Source: an uncultured Eubacteriales bacterium
GTDB taxonomy: Bacteria > Bacillota > Clostridia > Christensenellales > Aristaeellaceae
DNA length: 64,000 bases
Assembly: GCA_902790175.1 (NCBI GenBank)
Contig: CADAQZ010000021.1
Location: forward strand, 10,145-74,144
Reading direction: 5' to 3'
Below the pieces are notes generated by a model. The model saw only the letters and a program-made list of their open reading frames with translations, ran no database searches and was not told the origin of the DNA. Below, one piece after another: positions 8,666-18,669 of the stretch. The number at the start of each line of letters is the position of its first letter. Position 1 is the stretch's first letter. The position numbers and the translations under genes are program-made.

Positions 8666-9595
8666 TCAGTTCAGCGGGTCCACGCGACGCATCAGCAGCG
8701 CGAAGTCGCCGGCCTCGCCGGCGGTGAGCGTGATCAGCAGGTTGTCGTCCTCCAGCAGCTGGGCGGTGAGGCTGTCGAACATGCCGCCCTCGTCTTCCGC
8801 GCCAGTGAAGCGCAGCTCGCCGTCTTCGTAGGCCGTCCGGGCGGACAGGCCGCTGAACACGTAGCCGTTGAGGGCGATGGTGTCGCCCTCGATGGCGGCG
8901 GTGATCTGCTGGCCGAACAGCGACGTGTCGTAGAACTTGCCGTTCACGCCGATCTTCGTCGCGGTCCAGTTGCCGAGGAACAGCTCCTGCTCGGCCTCGA
9001 CGGGCGCGGCGGGCTCGAACGCCTCGACCTCCTCCCGCTCGCGGCCCAACACCATGCTGCCGCCGTCCATGTCGGCGGTCAGGGTGTCGTCCTCGCGGAG
9101 GGCGAAGTCCTTGGTCTCGGCGCCGATGGTCACGATGATGCGCTCGCCTTCCACGTCCCAGCTGCCTTTGCCGCCCTTGCGTGTCTCGCCGTAGTCGACG
9201 GTAGCCGCGCCGCCCTTGTCCAGCGTCAGGGTCATCTCGACGCCGAACATCTCCGGCGCATAGCTGGCGCCCTCCATCACCACCGCGTTCAGGTACCAGG
9301 TGTCCGTCACCTCCGCGATCAGCGCCTGGCGGGCCACCTCCACCGGGTCCGGCGTGGGCGTCGGCGAAGGCGTGGGCGTCGGCGAGGGGGTCGGTTCCGG
9401 CGTGGGCTCCATCGTCGGCTCCGGCGTGGGCTCAGGCGTCGGCGTGGGCACGGGCGTCGGCGAAGGCGTAATGTTGAAGATCATCTCCTGCACCGTCAGC
9501 GGGCGCACCTTGTCCTTCTTTGCCGTCTCCTCCGCGGCAGCACAGAGGGTAAACAGCATCGCCAGCGCCAACAGCGCGGCCAACCGCTTTTTCAT
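8666..9595 (-). CDS. secreted protein with Pro/Thr linker and two lipocalin-like (GTW/GNW...) beta-barrel repeats
   Basis: True start is the ATG at 9595 (GAGGAGGA RBS). Signal peptide [21 protein letters not shown], linker [18 protein letters not shown]..., then two repeats ([12 protein letters not shown]..., [15 protein letters not shown]...). Paralog of 9763..10494. Confidence 0.6.
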   Translation of the reverse strand: MKKRLAALLALAMLFTLCAAAEETAKKDKVRPLTVQEMIFNITPSPTPVPTPTPEPTPEPTMEPTPEPTPSPTPTPSPTPTPDPVEVARQALIAEVTDTWYLNAVVMEGASYAPEMFGVEMTLTLDKGGAATVDYGETRKGGKGSWDVEGERIIVTIGAETKDFALREDDTLTADMDGGSMVLGREREEVEAFEPAAPVEAEQELFLGNWTATKIGVNGKFYDTSLFGQQITAAIEGDTIALNGYVFSGLSARTAYEDGELRFTGAEDEGGMFDSLTAQLLEDDNLLITLTAGEAGDFALLMRRVDPLN

Positions 9596-9660
9596 CAGAC
9601 ATTCCTCCTCGATCGCGGGCGACGGGCCCGCGCGCCGAGTGGCGCGAATTTCTCCATGTA

Positions 9661-9689
9661 TATTTAAGCAGATTTTGCGCGCATAGTCA
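9661..9689 (-). promoter_or_regulatory. sigma-70-type promoter for 8666..9595
   Basis: Minus strand reads TTGACT (9684-9689) - 17 nt - TTAAAT (9661-9666). Confidence 0.45.
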
Positions 9690-9704
9690 AGCATTTTCGC
9701 ACAT

Positions 9705-9737
9705 AAAAACGCGCCGCGCGGGAAAACCCGCGCGGCG
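9705..9737 (-). terminator. intrinsic terminator of 9763..10494
   Basis: 11-bp stem CGCCGCGCGGG (9712-9722) / CCCGCGCGGCG (9727-9737), loop AAAA. On the minus strand it is followed by TTTTTA. Confidence 0.75.
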
Positions 9738-9762
9738 TCTGTACGGAATGGGGTCGACTGCA

Positions 9763-10494
9763 TTACGCGGCGGGCGCCTCCTCGGCAGCCTCGGCGCGGT
9801 TCATGTAGAAGGTGAACGCGCCCTGATCGCCGGCGTCCAGGTCCAGCGCCAGCATGCCGTCCTCCAGCAGCGTGGCGGTGATGCCCATGCTGACGCCGCT
9901 CTCCTCGTCGGTGCCGGAGAAGGCCAGCTTGCCGTCGGCGAACTCCAGCGGCATGGTCGTGTTGCTGAACAGGAAGCCGTCCAGCGTGATGGTGGTGCCC
10001 TCGATGGTGGCGGTCACGTCAGCCCCGAGGATGGACACGGGATAGAACTTGCCCTCCAGGCCGATGCGGTCGGCCTTCCAGGTGCCCGCGAAGTCCGCTT
10101 CTTCGGCCTGCACCGGCGCGGCGGGCGTGAAGGTGTCCGCCACGGGCTCTTCCTGCGAGAAGACCATGGTCATGCCGTCCTGCTCGGCGGTCAGCTTGCC
10201 GTCCGCCAGCGTGAACTCAGCCGGGGAATCGTTGATGTCGACGGTCACCTTGTCGCCTTCCATCTTCCAGGTGCCCTCGGACGGTTCGTCCTCGTCGGAC
10301 GCGGTCGCCACGACGCTGCCGTCGTCCTTCAGCTCCATCGTCATCGACATGCCGAAATCTGAGGGATTGAACGCCATGCCCTCCGACTCGATCGAGACCA
10401 GATACCACGTGCCCGTCACGTTGGCGGCCTCAGCCACCGCCATCGCGGTCAGCAGCATCGACAGAATCACCAGTGCCGCAAATGCCTTCTTCAT
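9763..10494 (-). CDS. secreted double lipocalin-like protein (paralog of 8666..9595, lacks the PT linker)
   Basis: 243 aa. Signal peptide [23 protein letters not shown]. Repeats [12 protein letters not shown]... and [15 protein letters not shown].... Same C-terminal block as the paralog ([23 protein letters not shown] vs [23 protein letters not shown]). Confidence 0.6.
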   Translation of the reverse strand: MKKAFAALVILSMLLTAMAVAEAANVTGTWYLVSIESEGMAFNPSDFGMSMTMELKDDGSVVATASDEDEPSEGTWKMEGDKVTVDINDSPAEFTLADGKLTAEQDGMTMVFSQEEPVADTFTPAAPVQAEEADFAGTWKADRIGLEGKFYPVSILGADVTATIEGTTITLDGFLFSNTTMPLEFADGKLAFSGTDEESGVSMGITATLLEDGMLALDLDAGDQGAFTFYMNRAEAAEEAPAA

Positions 10495-10576
10495 TGTGTT
10501 TTCCTCCTGTTGTCGGGTTTTACCCGTGATTCAAGACAGCCTCCGCTGCTCTGTGCGCATAAGCTGCTCTGCTACC

Positions 10577-10605
10577 ATTATAACATATTTTACATAATTG
10601 GTAAA
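10577..10605 (-). promoter_or_regulatory. extended -10 promoter for 9763..10494
   Basis: Minus strand reads TTTACC (10600-10605) - 17 nt - TGtTATAAT (-10 at 10577-10582), inside an AT-rich block. Confidence 0.45.
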
Positions 10606-10690
10606 GTAATTTGATTGAATTCGTGGCGGATGACAAAGATTGAGGAGAGGGGCGGGGCTGTGGCGGCAGATTCCCGCCGCTACGGGGGGA

Positions 10691-10877
10691 AAGATCCTTC
10701 GACTGCGCCGCTTCGCGGCTCCGCTCAGGATGACAGGTCAGCGGTTGCCGCAACGCCGCCCCCACAACCCTTCCGGCCCTGACGGGCCACCTCCCCTTGC
10801 ACAGGGGAGGCTTTTGGGTGTGCGGCAGCCACCATCGACACTCTCCAACTCCTCACTCCTAACTCCTCACTCCTAAC

Positions 10878-10880
<3 letters not shown>
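10691..10880 (+). repeat. composite intergenic repeat, copy 1 (half module A + module B + heptamer array C)
   Basis: AAGATCCTTCG...CTCAGGATGACA; CGCAACGCCGCCCCCACAACCCTTCCGGCCC; hairpin GGCCACCTCCCCTTGCACAGGGGAGGC; then (TCCT[C/A]AC)n at 10846-10880. The last unit supplies the recG stop codon. Confidence 0.85.
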
Positions 10881-12878
<1,998 letters not shown>

Positions 12879-12879
12879 A

Positions 12880-13317
12880 TTACAGTTCCTTTCGCATGTA
12901 CCGCTCGCCGTCCGCCGCGTAGCCGTGCTTGGGGTAGAAGGCGTAGGATTCAAACCACTGTTCGCGGGGTTCGCCGAGGTGCACGCGCGCGACGCGCACG
13001 CCCGCCGCGCGCATGGCGGCCTCGGCGGTCTGAAGCAGCGCCGAGCCGACGCCGCGGCGCTTGAGCGACGGCTTCACGAACAGGCGGTGCAAAAACGCCT
13101 CGTCCGTGCCGGGGACGCGGCTGTAGCCGGCGCAGCCGACCACGCGGTCGTTTTCGTCCAGCGCCAGCCAGAAGCCGTCGCCCTTGTCCAGGTAATTGGC
13201 GCGCACATCCAGCAGGTCCGGGTTCAGACGCGGCACGCGCCCGAGCGCGTCCTTCGCCGCGAGCACCACGAAGATCATGTCGTCGCGGAATTTATCGTCA
13301 TAAGGTATGATTCTCAT
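12880..13317 (-). CDS. GNAT-family N-acetyltransferase
   Basis: 145 aa. Acetyl-CoA motif LFVKPSLKRRGVGSALLQ. Its stop lies 1 nt from the recG ATG, and its start overlaps the upstream stop (ATGA). Confidence 0.8.
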   Translation of the reverse strand: MRIIPYDDKFRDDMIFVVLAAKDALGRVPRLNPDLLDVRANYLDKGDGFWLALDENDRVVGCAGYSRVPGTDEAFLHRLFVKPSLKRRGVGSALLQTAEAAMRAAGVRVARVHLGEPREQWFESYAFYPKHGYAADGERYMRKEL

Positions 13318-14312
13318 GTTTCGTCCGCCTCATATACGATCCCCCGCTCCTTCCTGGCGGACTCGATGATGTCCGCAACGCGGATCGCATCGGCCCAGGG
13401 GTAGTCGGGGCACTGGGTGAGGCCGCGGCGCAAACAGTCCTGCACGGCGCGGATCTCGAACTGGAAGCCGGTGGCCGGATAGGGCTCCGAGAAGCGCTCG
13501 ACGGCGCCGTCGCCGGTGGTGAGCGTCGCGTCGGTGGGGTCCCAGAACTGCGGGCCGACGCGGATCGCGCCCTTCTCGCCCACGATCTCGGTCTCCCAGT
13601 CGGCATCCTGGTTGAACGCGCCGCCAAGGAACGCCGTCTGCCCGTCGCCATAGTCCAGCAGCAGCCGGAAGGCTTGGTCCACCTCGCCGTTGAAGTCCAT
13701 CGCGCCGAACGCGCGGACGGGCGGCTTCTGAAAGGCCAGGTCGGCCATGGCGACGGAGTATATGCCCACGTCGCGCAGGGCCCCGCCCGCGTGCGCGATG
13801 CCGGCCTTCCACCACTGCCAGTCGTCCGGGTTCGCGCGCATCTCGAAAAATGCCCGCACCGTCAGGGGCCGTCCGATACGACCCTCCGCGATCCAGGCCC
13901 GGGCCCTGCGCACCGCGGGGAAGCAGCGCGTCCACATGCCCTCCATCAGGAAAAGACTCTTCTCCCGCGCCAGCGCCAGCACCGCGTCCAGCTGCCGCCG
14001 GTTGTCCACCATGGGCTTCTCGCTGAGCACATTCACGCCCGCGTTCAGCGCCGCGACGATGGCGGCATAGTGGCAGTCGTTGGGCGTGGCGATGTAGAGC
14101 ACGTCGGGCTTCACGGCCGCGAGCATGGCGTCGAGGTCGGTGTAGACCGCCTCGCCGCCGTACTTATCAGCGAACGCCCGGCCCTTTGTCGCGTCGCGGC
14201 TGACCACGGCGGCAAGGCGCGCATCGTCCACCTCGCCCATGCCATGCGCGAAGCGGTTGGCGATGTAGCCCGTGCCGACGATCGCCCAGCGGAAGGTCTT
14301 GGGTGTGCTCAT
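13314..14312 (-). CDS. Gfo/Idh/MocA-family NAD(P)-dependent oxidoreductase
   Basis: Rossmann N-terminus FRWAIVGTGYIANRF and the EKP motif (SEKPM). Probable start is the ATG at 14312 (AAAGGA RBS) or 14321. The ORF-track extension to 14516 runs through repeat copy 2. Confidence 0.8.
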   Translation of the reverse strand: MSTPKTFRWAIVGTGYIANRFAHGMGEVDDARLAAVVSRDATKGRAFADKYGGEAVYTDLDAMLAAVKPDVLYIATPNDCHYAAIVAALNAGVNVLSEKPMVDNRRQLDAVLALAREKSLFLMEGMWTRCFPAVRRARAWIAEGRIGRPLTVRAFFEMRANPDDWQWWKAGIAHAGGALRDVGIYSVAMADLAFQKPPVRAFGAMDFNGEVDQAFRLLLDYGDGQTAFLGGAFNQDADWETEIVGEKGAIRVGPQFWDPTDATLTTGDGAVERFSEPYPATGFQFEIRAVQDCLRRGLTQCPDYPWADAIRVADIIESARKERGIVYEADET

Positions 14313-14355
14313 ATACTTCATCCTTTCGGTTCGCGTGGCGTTTTCGGTATGAACA

Positions 14356-14583
14356 GATCCTTCGCTCCGCTCAGGATGACAGGCGATGCTTCGCTGTCGT
14401 CCTGCGCAGAGCGAAGGATCCGATGCTGATGTATTGTTGGAGAGGGGGAGACGAAGAACCCCACCGGCGCTGCGCGCCACCTCCCCACTGCGGTGGGGAG
14501 GCTTTGGGGCGGGCACAGGGGCGGACTTTCCGCCGCAACGCCGCCCCTACTATTCCTACTCCCTACTCCCTAATCTCACTCCA
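14356..14583 (+). repeat. composite intergenic repeat, copy 2 (full palindromic module A + rearranged B + variant heptamer array)
   Basis: GATCCTTCGCTCCGCTCAGGATGACAG ... CTGTCGTCCTGCGCAGAGCGAAGGATC (14356-14420); hairpin GCCACCTCCCCACTGCGGTGGGGAGGC; CGCAACGCCGCCCCTAC; CTACT(A/C)(T/C)(T/C) units at 14547-14583 overlapping the yloV stop. Confidence 0.85.
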
Positions 14584-16228
14584 CCGCAATCAGGTAGTAG
14601 TACAGCGGCTGGCCGCCGGGCTGCAGCTCCACGTCGCAGTCGGTGTACTGCTCGGCCAGCTTGTCGCGCAGGGCCTCGGCGTCGGCCTCGTCGATGTCCG
14701 CGCCGTAGTAGATCGTGATCAGCGCGGAATCCTCGTTGACCATCTTCTCGGTCACGTCCACGCCCACCTGGGTCACGTCGCTGCCCAGCACGCTGAGCTT
14801 GTTGTCGATCATGCCCATGATGTCGCCCTCGTGGATCTCCTGGCCGTCGTAGTTGGTGTCGCGCACGGCGTAGGTGATGGACGCGGTGTGCACGGCCTCG
14901 GCGGCCTCGGTCATGGCGGCCTCGTTCTCCTCGGCGGACACGGCGGGGTCAAACGCCAGCGCGGCTGAGATGCCCATCGGCACCGACTTCGTGGGCAGCA
15001 CGATCACCTTGCGGTCGGTCAGGCGGCTGGCCTGCTGGGCCGCGAGGATGATGTTGGTGTTGTTGGGCAGTATGATGACGGTCTTGGCGTTGGTGGCGTC
15101 GGCGGCCTTGGCCAGGTCCTCGATGCTGGGGTTCATGGTCTGCCCGCCATCCACGATCTGATCCACGTTCAGGTTGCGGAAGATCTCCGTCAGGCCCTCG
15201 CCCAGCGCCACGGCCACGATGCCGTAGTCCTTCTGCTCGGCGGCCTTCTTGGCAGCCTCCTCGGCCTGCTTGGCCTCGCGCTCGCGGCGCTCCTCCATCA
15301 TGTTGTCGATCTTGATCGAATCCAGCTCGCCCAGCTCCAGCGCGTATTGCAGGGCCTTGCCGGGCTCGTTGGTGTGCACGTGCACCTTGACCACGTTCAT
15401 GTCGGAGATGACCAGCACGCAGTCGCCCATGCGCTCCAGGCGGCGGCGCAGGCGCACCACGTCGCTGTCGCGCATGTCCGGGCGCGGGTGGCTGACGATG
15501 AACTCGGTGCAATAGCCGAAGGTGATCTCGCCGATGGCGTCGTGGTCGTCCACGAACTCGCCGGGCATGCCGATGCCCTCGGGCTTCTCCTGATCGATGG
15601 CGTCCACCGGCTCGCCGGTCAGCGAGGCGTACATGCCGCGCAGGATCACCATCAGGCCCATGCCGCCGCTGTCCACGACGCCGGCCTGCTTCAAGACCGG
15701 CAGCATCTCCGGCGTGCGCTTCAATATCGCGTCGCCCACCGAGAGCACCAGCTTGAACAGCTCCACCACGTCGTGCTGCTTGTCGCGGGCCTCCTCGGCC
15801 TCCTCGGCGATGACGCGGATGACGGTGAGGATCGTGCCCTCCTTGGGCTTCATCACGGCCTTGTAGGCGGTGTTTGCGCCGGAGCGCAGCGCCGTCGCCA
15901 GCAGCGGGCCGTCGATGTCCTCATGGCCCGCCAGGGCCTTGGAGAAGCCGCGCAGGATCTGGCTCAATATGACGCCGGAATTGCCTCGCGCGCCCTTCAA
16001 CGCGCCGCGCGCGGCCGCGCCGGCCACGTCCGCCACGCTGGAATAGGGCTTTGAGTTGATCTCCTTGATCGCGGACGTGATGGTCTGCGACATGTTTGTG
16101 CCCGTGTCGCCGTCCGGCACGGGGAACACGTTGAGCGCATCCACGGTCTCCCGGTTGTTTACCAGCAGCGCCGCCCCGGAGGAGAACATCTCCTTGAGCA
16201 GCATGCCGTCTATTCTCTTCCCTGCCAT
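14576..16228 (-). CDS. yloV: DAK2-domain protein, YloV / fatty-acid-kinase FakA family
   Basis: 550 aa from the ATG at 16228 (GGAGGT RBS). DhaL/DAK2 N-terminus (PDGDTGTNM). Conserved B. subtilis-like order asp23(yloU)-yloV-...-recG. Confidence 0.85.
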   Translation of the reverse strand: MAGKRIDGMLLKEMFSSGAALLVNNRETVDALNVFPVPDGDTGTNMSQTITSAIKEINSKPYSSVADVAGAAARGALKGARGNSGVILSQILRGFSKALAGHEDIDGPLLATALRSGANTAYKAVMKPKEGTILTVIRVIAEEAEEARDKQHDVVELFKLVLSVGDAILKRTPEMLPVLKQAGVVDSGGMGLMVILRGMYASLTGEPVDAIDQEKPEGIGMPGEFVDDHDAIGEITFGYCTEFIVSHPRPDMRDSDVVRLRRRLERMGDCVLVISDMNVVKVHVHTNEPGKALQYALELGELDSIKIDNMMEERREREAKQAEEAAKKAAEQKDYGIVAVALGEGLTEIFRNLNVDQIVDGGQTMNPSIEDLAKAADATNAKTVIILPNNTNIILAAQQASRLTDRKVIVLPTKSVPMGISAALAFDPAVSAEENEAAMTEAAEAVHTASITYAVRDTNYDGQEIHEGDIMGMIDNKLSVLGSDVTQVGVDVTEKMVNEDSALITIYYGADIDEADAEALRDKLAEQYTDCDVELQPGGQPLYYYLIAVE

Positions 16229-16255
16229 GTTAACCTCCACAAGCATCCCTGCGCA

Positions 16256-16606
16256 TCAGACGCGGATGTCTTCGACGCAGACGTTCACGCGCCCCACGGG
16301 CACGCCGGTGAGATGCTCTACCTTGTATTTCACGGTTTCAATGATGGCCGCGGCCACGGCGCTGATCGAAATGCCGTATTCCACGATGATGAACAGGTCG
16401 ATGTCCACCTTGTCGCCGGAGGAGCGCACCTTCACGCCGCGCCCCAGGTTTTCCTTGCCCATCATCTGCACCAGTCCGTCGGTGCCGCGCTTGGAGGCCA
16501 TGCCCACAATGCCGTAGCAGTCCAGCGCCGCGTAGCCAGCGACGCGCACGATCACGTCGTCGTTCACGGTGACGACGCCCAGTTCGGTATTGTACTTGCA
16601 ATCCAC
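16256..16606 (-). CDS. Asp23/Gls24-family (alkaline shock protein 23 / YloU-like) protein
   Basis: GTG start at 16606 preceded by AAGGAGG (9-nt spacer). Sequence VTVNDDVIVRVAGYAALDCYGIVGM...VDIDLFIIVEYGISI is typical of Asp23. The ORF-track extension to 16675 lacks an RBS. Confidence 0.8.
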   Translation of the reverse strand: MDCKYNTELGVVTVNDDVIVRVAGYAALDCYGIVGMASKRGTDGLVQMMGKENLGRGVKVRSSGDKVDIDLFIIVEYGISISAVAAAIIETVKYKVEHLTGVPVGRVNVCVEDIRV

Positions 16607-16694
16607 GAATCCAAACCTCCTTATACCGGGGCTCGCGCCCTCCCCAATGGGAGCCGGGCGCGCACACACAGCCAATCATAGTCTTGCCAACTAC

Positions 16695-16723
16695 AGTATA
16701 CCTTTTTTCCGTCAAATATGCAA
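16695..16723 (-). promoter_or_regulatory. sigma-70-type promoter of asp23-yloV
   Basis: Minus strand reads TTGCAT (16718-16723) - 17 nt - TATACT (16695-16700). Confidence 0.5.
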
Positions 16724-16816
16724 GCGCAACGCCCGCCCCACCCGCGTCAATTGAGCGATTTTTTACAAATTGTCGGTAAAAGTTTGCTTGTTGCAGAAGT
16801 TTTACACGTCCAGCCC

Positions 16817-16845
16817 TTGCGTTTTGGCCAAAGAGATGGTATAAT
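16817..16845 (+). promoter_or_regulatory. sigma-70-type promoter of rpmB
   Basis: TTGCGT (16817-16822) - 17 nt - TGgTATAAT (-10 at 16840-16845). Confidence 0.55.
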
Positions 16846-16892
16846 TTCAATGTTTTGATGTGGACATATCCTTGAAGGAGGTGTGATAGAGT

Positions 16893-17037
16893 ATGGGAAA
16901 GTTTTGTGAGATCTGCGGCAAGGGCGTGGTGTACGGCAACAACGTGAGCCATTCCAACCGCAAGACGCGCCGCACCGCAGCGCATGTCCGTGTGCACCCG
17001 CTGCCTGCGCAGCAAGAAGGTTGAGCGCGCCCTGTAA
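16893..17037 (+). pseudogene. rpmB: ribosomal protein L28 gene (Cys-containing form) with an internal ~44-nt deletion and frameshift
   Basis: GAAGGAGG RBS and ATG at 16893 encode MGKFCEICGKGVVYGNNVSHSNRKTRRT. That frame then reads AAHVRVHPLPAQQEG and stops at 17022-17024. A different frame (from ~16975) gives PQRMSVCTRCLRSKKVERAL with its stop at 17035-17037. The conserved middle (W.PN.Q.V...V.G..KR) is missing, and the 145-nt span is not a multiple of 3. Confidence 0.75.
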
Positions 17038-17064
17038 GGAGCGCCCGCCGCTGAAAGAAAGCAA

Positions 17065-17099
17065 AGCCCACAGCGCAAAAAAGCGCCGTGGGCTTTTGT
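17065..17099 (+). terminator. intrinsic terminator after rpmB
   Basis: Stem AGCCCACAGCGC / GCGCCGTGGGCT (one mismatch), loop AAAAAA, followed by TTTT. Confidence 0.75.
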
Positions 17100-17114
17100 C
17101 ATGCCCGCGGGGGT

Positions 17115-17142
17115 TTGATTTGTGCGCGAGATATGGTATAAT
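17115..17142 (+). promoter_or_regulatory. sigma-70-type promoter of the rluA-like gene
   Basis: TTGATT (17115-17120) - 16 nt - TGgTATAAT (-10 at 17137-17142). The resulting ~150-nt 5'UTR consists of repeat copy 3. Confidence 0.5.
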
Positions 17143-17160
17143 TCAGGAAGGGGTCCGGGC

Positions 17161-17280
17161 GGGCGGCGCAACGCCGCCCCTACAACCCCTCCGGCCCTGC
17201 AGGCCACCTCCCCTTGAAAGGGGAGGCAAGACCGTCGCCACTTCCAACTCCTAACTCCTCTCTCCTAACTCCTCACTCCC
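17161..17280 (+). repeat. composite intergenic repeat, copy 3 (modules B + C) inside a 5'UTR
   Basis: CGCAACGCCGCCCCTACAACCCCTCCGGCCC; hairpin GGCCACCTCCCCTTGAAAGGGGAGGC; heptamer array at 17241-17280 that ends 8 nt before the GGAGG RBS. Confidence 0.85.
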
Positions 17281-17297
17281 AAAACCCGGAGGTTATT

Positions 17298-18494
17298 ATG
17301 CGCAAGCTCACTGCCGTCGCCGGGGAAAAGGACGCCGGGCGCAAGGTCAAGTACTTCGTCCGGGGCGACATGGGCGTCTCCTACGGTCAATTTGCCTCGC
17401 TGAAGGCGCGAAGCGGGCTGCTCGTCAACGGCGCGCCCGTACACGCCAACCATCTGCTTCAGCCCGGCGACGCGGTGACGGCGCTGCTGGACGACCGCCC
17501 GGGCAAGGCCGTGGAGGCGGAGGACACGTCGGTGAATATCGTCTACGAGGACGAGGACCTGTTGATCCTCGACAAGCCTGCGCCGCTGCCCTGCCAGTGC
17601 TCGCCGAAGCAGCCCGCGGGGACGCTCGAAAACCGGCTGGCCTTCCGCTACCGGGACGTGCCCGGCTTCGCGTTTCGGCCGCTGAACCGGCTGGACAAGG
17701 GCACCAGCGGCCTGATGGCCGCCGCGAAGAACGCGCACGCCGCCCAGCGATTGCAGCGCCTGCTGCACACGGATGCGTTCGCGCGGGAATACCTCGCCGT
17801 CGTCGAGGGCCACATGGAGAACGAAGGCGTGATCGACGCGCCGATCGCCAAGGCGGACGGCCCCACCGTGCGGCGCGTCGTCGATGCAAGCGGCAAGCCC
17901 GCCGTCACGCGCTACCGCGCCGTGCTCAGCGGCGAGCGGCGCTCGATCGTGCGGCTGCGGCTTATGACCGGGCGCACGCACCAGATCCGCGTGCACCTTT
18001 CGCACATCGGCCACCCGATCGTCGGCGACTTCCTGTACGGCGCGGAGGACCCCCGCCTGCCCGGGCGCTTCGCGCTGCACTCGACCTACATCCGCCTGAT
18101 TCATCCCGTCACCGGGGAGACCATCGAGCGGGCCTCGCCGCCGCCACCCGAGCTCATGCCGGACGGCGATCTGCTCGGCGGGAGCGTGACCGTCACGATG
18201 GACCGCCCCTTGGGCAGCCGCCACCCTCGCCATCCGGAGATGGTCTATCCGGTCAACTACGGCTTTGTCCGCGGCATACTTGCCCCGGACGGCGCGTGGC
18301 AGGACGCCTACGTGCTGGGCGTGGACAGGCCGCTGGAAACCTTCACGGGGCGGATCGTCGCCATCGTGCGGCGCGCCGACGACGTGGAGGACAAGTGGGT
18401 CGTCTGCCCGGAGGGCTATTCGCCCGACGCCGCAGCCATCATGGAACAGGTCCGCTTCCAGGAGCAGTATTTCGATTCGAGCCTCGTGCTGTAG
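17298..18494 (+). CDS. RluA-family pseudouridine synthase (S4-like N-terminus) fused to a C-terminal inorganic-pyrophosphatase-like domain
   Basis: ATG at 17298 after GGAGG. Motifs RLDKGTSGLM and TGRTHQIRVHLSHIGHPIVGD. The C-terminal ~115 aa (DRPLGSRHPRHPEMVYPVNYGFVRGILAPDGAWQDAYVLG) resemble family I PPase YP.NYGF...DGD.LD, but with the Asp triad altered. Confidence 0.7.
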   Translation: MRKLTAVAGEKDAGRKVKYFVRGDMGVSYGQFASLKARSGLLVNGAPVHANHLLQPGDAVTALLDDRPGKAVEAEDTSVNIVYEDEDLLILDKPAPLPCQCSPKQPAGTLENRLAFRYRDVPGFAFRPLNRLDKGTSGLMAAAKNAHAAQRLQRLLHTDAFAREYLAVVEGHMENEGVIDAPIAKADGPTVRRVVDASGKPAVTRYRAVLSGERRSIVRLRLMTGRTHQIRVHLSHIGHPIVGDFLYGAEDPRLPGRFALHSTYIRLIHPVTGETIERASPPPPELMPDGDLLGGSVTVTMDRPLGSRHPRHPEMVYPVNYGFVRGILAPDGAWQDAYVLGVDRPLETFTGRIVAIVRRADDVEDKWVVCPEGYSPDAAAIMEQVRFQEQYFDSSLVL

Positions 18495-18513
18495 ATCGGG
18501 AATGGGAGGACAT

Positions 18514-18669
18514 ATGGAGATCTGGGACGCCTATGACGCCGAATTTAACCGAATAGAGGGCGAAACCGTCACCTGGCGCTGGGTCGGCCGGGAGGCGCTG
18601 CTGGGCATGAGGAATGACGAGCTGCTGGAAAAGCGGATATATCAATACGTCGGGGAGCTGGGCGAATGA
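18514..18669 (+). CDS. 51-aa ORF, possible remnant of a Nudix hydrolase gene (N- and C-terminal ends only)
   Basis: ATG at 18514 after GGGAGGA (short spacer); its stop overlaps the next start (ATGA). MEIWDAYDAEFNRIEGE resembles clostridial Nudix N-termini, and EGETVTWRWVGREALLGM resembles their C-terminal block. No Nudix box is present. Confidence 0.3.
   Translation: MEIWDAYDAEFNRIEGETVTWRWVGREALLGMRNDELLEKRIYQYVGELGE

Noticed and set aside
14313-14516. N-terminal extensions of several ORF-track ORFs: 13314..14516, 19077..19214, 17214..17297, 8666..9763 beyond 9595, 10878..12953 beyond 12878, 34122..35480 beyond 34856.
   Set aside because: The extensions run through intergenic repeats or promoters (CHPERSEGS, PSPEGEG, LTPHS strings) or through the upstream gene. 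In each case an internal start with a good Shine-Dalgarno sequence matches the expected family N-terminus.
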